From: an uncultured bacterium
GTDB taxonomy: Bacteria > Oederibacteriota > JAAXVQ01 > JAUVAV01
Assembly (NCBI GenBank): GCA_963710755.1
Contig: CAVQBK010000003.1
Span: 128,001 to 192,000 of the forward strand
Reading direction: 5' to 3'
Length of the DNA: 64,000 bases
Made by a program: the position numbers and the translations under genes. The notes beneath the pieces are model-generated. The model saw only the letters and a list, made by a program, of their open reading frames with translations. It ran no database searches and was not told the DNA's origin. Positions within the stretch are counted from its first letter, which is position 1; every line of letters begins with the position of its first letter. Shown here in pieces: positions 59,400 through 64,000 of this stretch.

Positions 59400-59519
59400 A
59401 AAGGCTTGCTTTTACAGGGACTGCGGGGAGGGCAGGAAGGAAAGAAAAAGGAACGCCAAGTTTGGTTAAAAACAGAATTCTAACCGTGTTTTGATCTTCT
59501 CCCAATGGCCTATAAAATT

Positions 59520-59710
59520 TTGTTTGTGACCTAGTGACCGGCACCAATTTTTAGGACCTTACCCATGACCACATCTGAAGCTATAGGCCAGGTGAATATG
59601 GTCTTTGCACACATTATCGTATTATCTAACGACGTCCCCTATGGCCTATTATCCTTAACGCTGCTTAAATAATACGCCTTGGAGAAATGAACAGAAAATG
59701 TTATTTTGTT
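59520..59710 (-). pseudogene. Heavily eroded IS200/IS605 TnpA-like remnant
   Basis: Minus-strand fragments 'K*HFLFI..RRII*AALR' and 'IGDVVR*..NVCKDHIHLAYS' follow the order of TnpA KYHxVF..RRxIY..LR..IG..R...C.DHIH (HUH). Confidence 0.35.
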
Positions 59711-59762
59711 CATTAAACAGGTCGACGATGGCACCGGCGGATTTCATTCAAAGGAGAAGTGT

Positions 59763-60467
59763 ATGAAAAAATGGCTTCTGATGGGGTTATTATTTATAAC
59801 CGGCTGTTCTTCCTTATCCTCTTTTCAGACAGCCGATACCCTTCCTGCCAACACGTTGTTATTCGGTGCAGGCCACAGTCAAGGTAATTTTAAACTAAAT
59901 GCCGACCGCGGGCTGCTTGATTATGACTATGCATCAAGCCTAATAGAACTATTTAGTCGCGTCGGCGTAATTGACTCTGTGGACGTTGGTATACGGCTTG
60001 TTCCCTTCACGTTCATAGAAGCGGATTTAAAATATCAATTTGTCAAAGAAAGTGGTTCTTTTTTACCAAGCATGGCTATTGGCTATGGAGTAAATTATGG
60101 CGATTACATAAATTTAAAAAAAACGTTATTGCCCAACCCGTGGGATTTTATTTTTACCAATGATGTGCAACAGTTTTATATTAGCGATATATTTTTTCCG
60201 GTTTACATCAGCAAGCACATTTTAGGGAAATTGATGATTTATTCTTCTGCCAAACTACATTACAACCATATACATGTTTATGGGAAAACAGATCCCGTAT
60301 TCCCGTCAGAAGACATCTATAACTTATTGCCTAGCATAAATCTGGGCCTTGCCATTGACTTCAATCGATATTCCATGTTGATGTTGGAATATTCTTACCT
60401 CTGGACTCCAGATGATACGGCTGTCAAAGTCCGTAATATCGGTCTTGCCTTTGTGATAAAACCTTAG
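59763..60467 (+). CDS. Lipoprotein with beta-barrel-like sequence, AT-rich
   Basis: AAGGAG RBS, lipobox ITGC, 'SSFQTADTL'; visibly more AT-rich than the core genes. Confidence 0.75.
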   Translation: MKKWLLMGLLFITGCSSLSSFQTADTLPANTLLFGAGHSQGNFKLNADRGLLDYDYASSLIELFSRVGVIDSVDVGIRLVPFTFIEADLKYQFVKESGSFLPSMAIGYGVNYGDYINLKKTLLPNPWDFIFTNDVQQFYISDIFFPVYISKHILGKLMIYSSAKLHYNHIHVYGKTDPVFPSEDIYNLLPSINLGLAIDFNRYSMLMLEYSYLWTPDDTAVKVRNIGLAFVIKP

Positions 60468-60665
60468 TTATTGTAGTCAACAGCGTTTATGACATGGACA
60501 ATCCACGATAAGCCGTTGCTCTATTGCAAATTGAAAATTGGCACTTATTTCCCTTCTCATTCAAGCTGAATGTCAGGCACTAAGATCCTTGTTTTTCGCC
60601 TTGTTCACCTCTTCCACCACGGCCGGCGCATAACCCTTGCGTGGCTGACACCTGCTCCCTGGGCT

Positions 60666-61646
60666 TCATGGGGCATTTACCGTAACCATGACATTCCCCT
60701 TTTTATGACCTTTTTCCACATAGCGAAAAGCCTCGGCGATTTGGTCCAGCGTGAACGTTTTATCAACAACTGTTTTTAATTTCCCAGCCTCCATAAGTTC
60801 CTTCAGAAATCGCAATCCTTCTAAAGTTGGAACCGACATGCCGCCTTTAATTTTTTTGCCATGGCTTATCATGGCCATTAAATCTCCAAAATGGGTTATG
60901 GTCATCAAATAAACACCTTGTGGCGCCAATAAATGTTTACACTGGGAAAAGGAGAGCTTACCCACGACATCAAAAATAACGTCATAGGTTTCATTGGTTT
61001 GGGTAAAGTCCGTTTTGGTATAATCAATAACCTTATCCGCTCCAAGCGATGTTACCATCTGCAGATTGGCGGTACTGCATACACCGGTAACTTCTGCACC
61101 ATAGTATTTGGCCAGTTGAACCGCAAAGGTGCCAATGGCGCCCGAGGCGCCGTTGATCAGGACTTTTTGGCCGGCCTTAACTTTTCCTGAATCCCTGATA
61201 AAATACAATGCCGTGATCCCAGCCAGATTCACGGCTGCAGCTTCATTCCAGGTGATGGCGCTTGGTTTGGCCAATAACAGTCCATTTTCCGGGAGGCAGA
61301 TATATTCCGCATGAGTGCCCATTTTAAGATTGGGCGTTCCAAAAACTTCATCCCCCGGTTTAAACCGTTTAACCGCTTTACCCACAGCTTCGATCGTTCC
61401 TGCAAAATCAAGTCCCAGCGTTTTAATCCTGGGTTTGAAAATGCCAAACATCAATCGTGCCGGCAGACGAAACACCCCCGATACAAAGGTTAAATTGCGC
61501 ACATTGCAATCCGAGCTGGTGACCGTGGTGGTATGGATTTTTATTAATACTTCATTGTCTTTAGGAACAGGCTTATTCACCTCAACCAATTGAAGTTCCT
61601 CAGGTGGACCGTATTTTGTATGAAGCACGGCTTTCATTTGCATCAC
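60666..61646 (-). CDS. NAD(P)-dependent alcohol dehydrogenase/quinone oxidoreductase (MDR family)
   Basis: 'YGPPEEL', 'LGLDFAG', 'VLINGASGAIGTFAVQLAK', 'GHKKGN'. Confidence 0.92.
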   Translation of the reverse strand: MMQMKAVLHTKYGPPEELQLVEVNKPVPKDNEVLIKIHTTTVTSSDCNVRNLTFVSGVFRLPARLMFGIFKPRIKTLGLDFAGTIEAVGKAVKRFKPGDEVFGTPNLKMGTHAEYICLPENGLLLAKPSAITWNEAAAVNLAGITALYFIRDSGKVKAGQKVLINGASGAIGTFAVQLAKYYGAEVTGVCSTANLQMVTSLGADKVIDYTKTDFTQTNETYDVIFDVVGKLSFSQCKHLLAPQGVYLMTITHFGDLMAMISHGKKIKGGMSVPTLEGLRFLKELMEAGKLKTVVDKTFTLDQIAEAFRYVEKGHKKGNVMVTVNAP

Positions 61647-61723
61647 CCCCTTTTTTTTCGGGTCAGCTGCTCTGCCCTCTTCAACATCCTAACCCGCTAT
61701 TCCTGCGCCTATAGTTATAATCG

Positions 61724-64000
61724 CTATTCCAAAGGCGTACTTTCCATGGTGCTGCGGAAATCATGGCCGGATACATCCTCCCAACCCAGGACTTCCTGCA
61801 ATACCTTAATATAAAACCTGGTCTTGAAATTATGGGAGGGGTCATAAGGCCGCTCCGTAATATCGGTGACCATGACTGATTCCCTGTCCGCCCAGAGTTC
61901 AATCAGATCAGGCCGCTTGTTACCCACCGGCCGCAATGCCCAATCCATCAGGCTCTCATAGCGCGCTTCCAGGGCCTGCATCCGGGCCTGGTTATAAGGC
62001 GTGTTGCCGCCTTCGGCGATCACCCGGCGCTGCGCCTCAATGGCCCGCTGGGCGGCAGCCAGATCTGCATCAAACACCTGACGCAAGTCCTGATGGCGGT
62101 CCATGAATTCCCACACCGTGTCTCTCAACACCGTCCGGTTCAGACGAGGCAAACGCATACCCGTGGCCCGGGCATGGGCGCGCAGGGCAGTGACAAATCC
62201 GCCCAAGGTGCGCCTGGCCATGCCCCGCCACCAAAAGTAGGTGCGCGATACCGGATTGCGGGCGGCTGTGTACTCTTGCAGCATGCGCGCTTCAAATTCA
62301 GAGGGACGTTCCACGCTACGCGGCCGGGCTGGTACGGCTTCCTGTGCTGGTTCCGGTGGAGCTGCTTCGGGCGCCGGTTCTTCAGGTGCCGGTTCAGGCC
62401 GCACAATACGGCGACGCCTCGGTGTGGGACCTTCGCCCGGCTGGCCGGGCCCACCGCCGCCTTCCGTACCCTCCATCAACATCTCCGGTGAAATGGGTAC
62501 TGCCCGCGGCCCGGAGGACACCCTGGGCCCGCCACCCATAGCGGTGGCCGGCACAGCCTCTGGTGCTGCCTCAGGCACAGGCATGCGAATGCCTTCAGGC
62601 GTAACAGCTTCTGCCGGCGCTGTGCCACCAGGGCCTCGTCCGCCCGGGGGCAGGGTTTCGCCCAGCCAAATGGTCGTTTCCCTGGCGGTCTGCACCATGA
62701 GCACGGTCAGGCCAAAATTGATGGCCATGATGATGAGACGCCGCATAAGCGCCACGGCATTGGCTATGTGCCGCTCCGACAATTGATCCAAATCCGTTCC
62801 TTCCTCAGGCCGTTCCACCATGGACAATTCGCGGCCACATTGCAAGGCCAGCACCAGCAGCTCACCCACAAAGAGGATATTGAAAAAATACGAAGCTGCC
62901 CGCAACGCCAGGTCAATGCCCACGCCAATACTGCGGGCAATAGGATGGCCTGCTTGTTTGAGCACCATGGCCACCAAATGAGCACCTAAAAACCCGACCA
63001 GTACAGGCATGGTGCGCCGCCATTCCTCCTGCAGATCGCTCCACCCATCCCAGCCCCTGCGCACGCGGGGCCATAATAGATCAGCATTGTCCATATAGCC
63101 CTGGATGGCTTGTATCACCTGTACTGCTTGATCCGCTGAAATCTGGCGCACGGCATTGAGCACCTGCGCCAAGCCGCCCGTAACCTCCAACTCAATGGCT
63201 AGGGGCGGCACTTCAAAGGCCCGATAGCCGTTGTCGCGATAAGAGCCGTCCACGCCCAAAAGCGGCTGACCATTCTGATCGTAATAGCGGATATGAGAAC
63301 GGCGGTCAAAAATACCCAGCCCGTCGCGGTCACTGCTGATCTGCAAATTATTGCGCAGGGCATTGAAGTTGCCGTTGCGGCGCTGGACCAGAATGGTTTC
63401 CTGCAGCAGGGCATAAGCTCCCATCTCGGTATTGCCTGTGGCCTGGTATTCATGCCAACCCTGGGTAAAGTATTGGATGATCACTTCTGTTGCCGGATGG
63501 GCGGCAATGATGCTGGTGATCTCCTCTTGCGTCAACCCGTCTGTTGTCAACGCAGCCGCCGGTGTGGTTCCGGCAAAGCGTCCCAGAAAAGCGAATAACA
63601 AGTTGGCCAGTTCTTCGTTGTTGGCCAATACCGAATAATCGGGCTCCAATGGTGACGGCCGGTCACCCAGGGGTTCGCCGCCTTCTTCACCTGCCACTGG
63701 TGCGGTTTGCGCTGACGAGGGCCGGAAGCGAACGGGCACGGGCGTGCGTCTTTCCTCCAAGGCGGTATTAAACCGGTCCATCTGCTCCTGATTTTGGAAG
63801 ATGTATTCCACAATATCGCGCGGCTCACCGCCGACGGTGCTGATAATGTTGCGGCCTTCCCGGCGCGTCAATTCGTAGGGACGGGTAAAATCAAGCTCTA
63901 CTATGTGGGTGATGCGCAGTGTGTCCGGGACTTCATCCTCGTAGTGGACCACCATGATATGCTCAGCCACATAAATCTCCACCTGCTCCATGTCGCCTGC
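61724..64000 (-). CDS. Large protein truncated at the window edge; candidate polymorphic toxin with C-terminal PD-(D/E)xK-like domain
   Basis: Frame is open to the edge; hydrophobic helical segment, Pro/Glu/Gly linker, then 'KRPDLIEL...VMVTDIT...HNFKTRFY'. Confidence 0.6.
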   Translation of the reverse strand, partial: AGDMEQVEIYVAEHIMVVHYEDEVPDTLRITHIVELDFTRPYELTRREGRNIISTVGGEPRDIVEYIFQNQEQMDRFNTALEERRTPVPVRFRPSSAQTAPVAGEEGGEPLGDRPSPLEPDYSVLANNEELANLLFAFLGRFAGTTPAAALTTDGLTQEEITSIIAAHPATEVIIQYFTQGWHEYQATGNTEMGAYALLQETILVQRRNGNFNALRNNLQISSDRDGLGIFDRRSHIRYYDQNGQPLLGVDGSYRDNGYRAFEVPPLAIELEVTGGLAQVLNAVRQISADQAVQVIQAIQGYMDNADLLWPRVRRGWDGWSDLQEEWRRTMPVLVGFLGAHLVAMVLKQAGHPIARSIGVGIDLALRAASYFFNILFVGELLVLALQCGRELSMVERPEEGTDLDQLSERHIANAVALMRRLIIMAINFGLTVLMVQTARETTIWLGETLPPGGRGPGGTAPAEAVTPEGIRMPVPEAAPEAVPATAMGGGPRVSSGPRAVPISPEMLMEGTEGGGGPGQPGEGPTPRRRRIVRPEPAPEEPAPEAAPPEPAQEAVPARPRSVERPSEFEARMLQEYTAARNPVSRTYFWWRGMARRTLGGFVTALRAHARATGMRLPRLNRTVLRDTVWEFMDRHQDLRQVFDADLAAAQRAIEAQRRVIAEGGNTPYNQARMQALEARYESLMDWALRPVGNKRPDLIELWADRESVMVTDITERPYDPSHNFKTRFYIKVLQEVLGWEDVSGHDFRSTMESTPLE

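Overview
Bacterial chromosomal window from a diderm organism, with most genes on the minus strand. My inference from protein style (PorV-like barrel, Thr/Pro-linked proteins with T9SS-like C-terminal domains, an 'IQDLHCN' giant-protein remnant) is a poorly characterised lineage such as candidate division FCPU426 or an Elusimicrobiota neighbour; no database check was possible. Core genes: pgi, rpiB, tkt, aroB, thiC plus a stand-alone ThiD2 domain, amaP-asp23-accC-accB-efp-pepP, ftsB, DUF501, tRNA-Leu(TAA), a WecA/glycosyltransferase cluster, a MenA-like prenyltransferase and modABC. Accessory content: (1) a ~1850-aa repeat-built surface protein with a T9SS/FlgD-type tail, followed directly by a PorV-like barrel-FlgD fusion, in a block bracketed by a degenerate copy of the rpiB 3' end; (2) a second CTD-bearing LVIVD-repeat protein; (3) a MarR-TolC-RND locus with no periplasmic adaptor; (4) a probably leaderless MarR with five visible operators; (5) a candidate polymorphic nuclease toxin cut by the window edge. 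Non-coding observations: the DUF501 ORF reads through a complete tRNA, a candidate novel ~155-nt structured RNA, a 170-bp MITE inserted in a terminator loop, and five eroded gene remnants in intergenic spaces. No rRNA, CRISPR array, integrase or intact transposase was seen.
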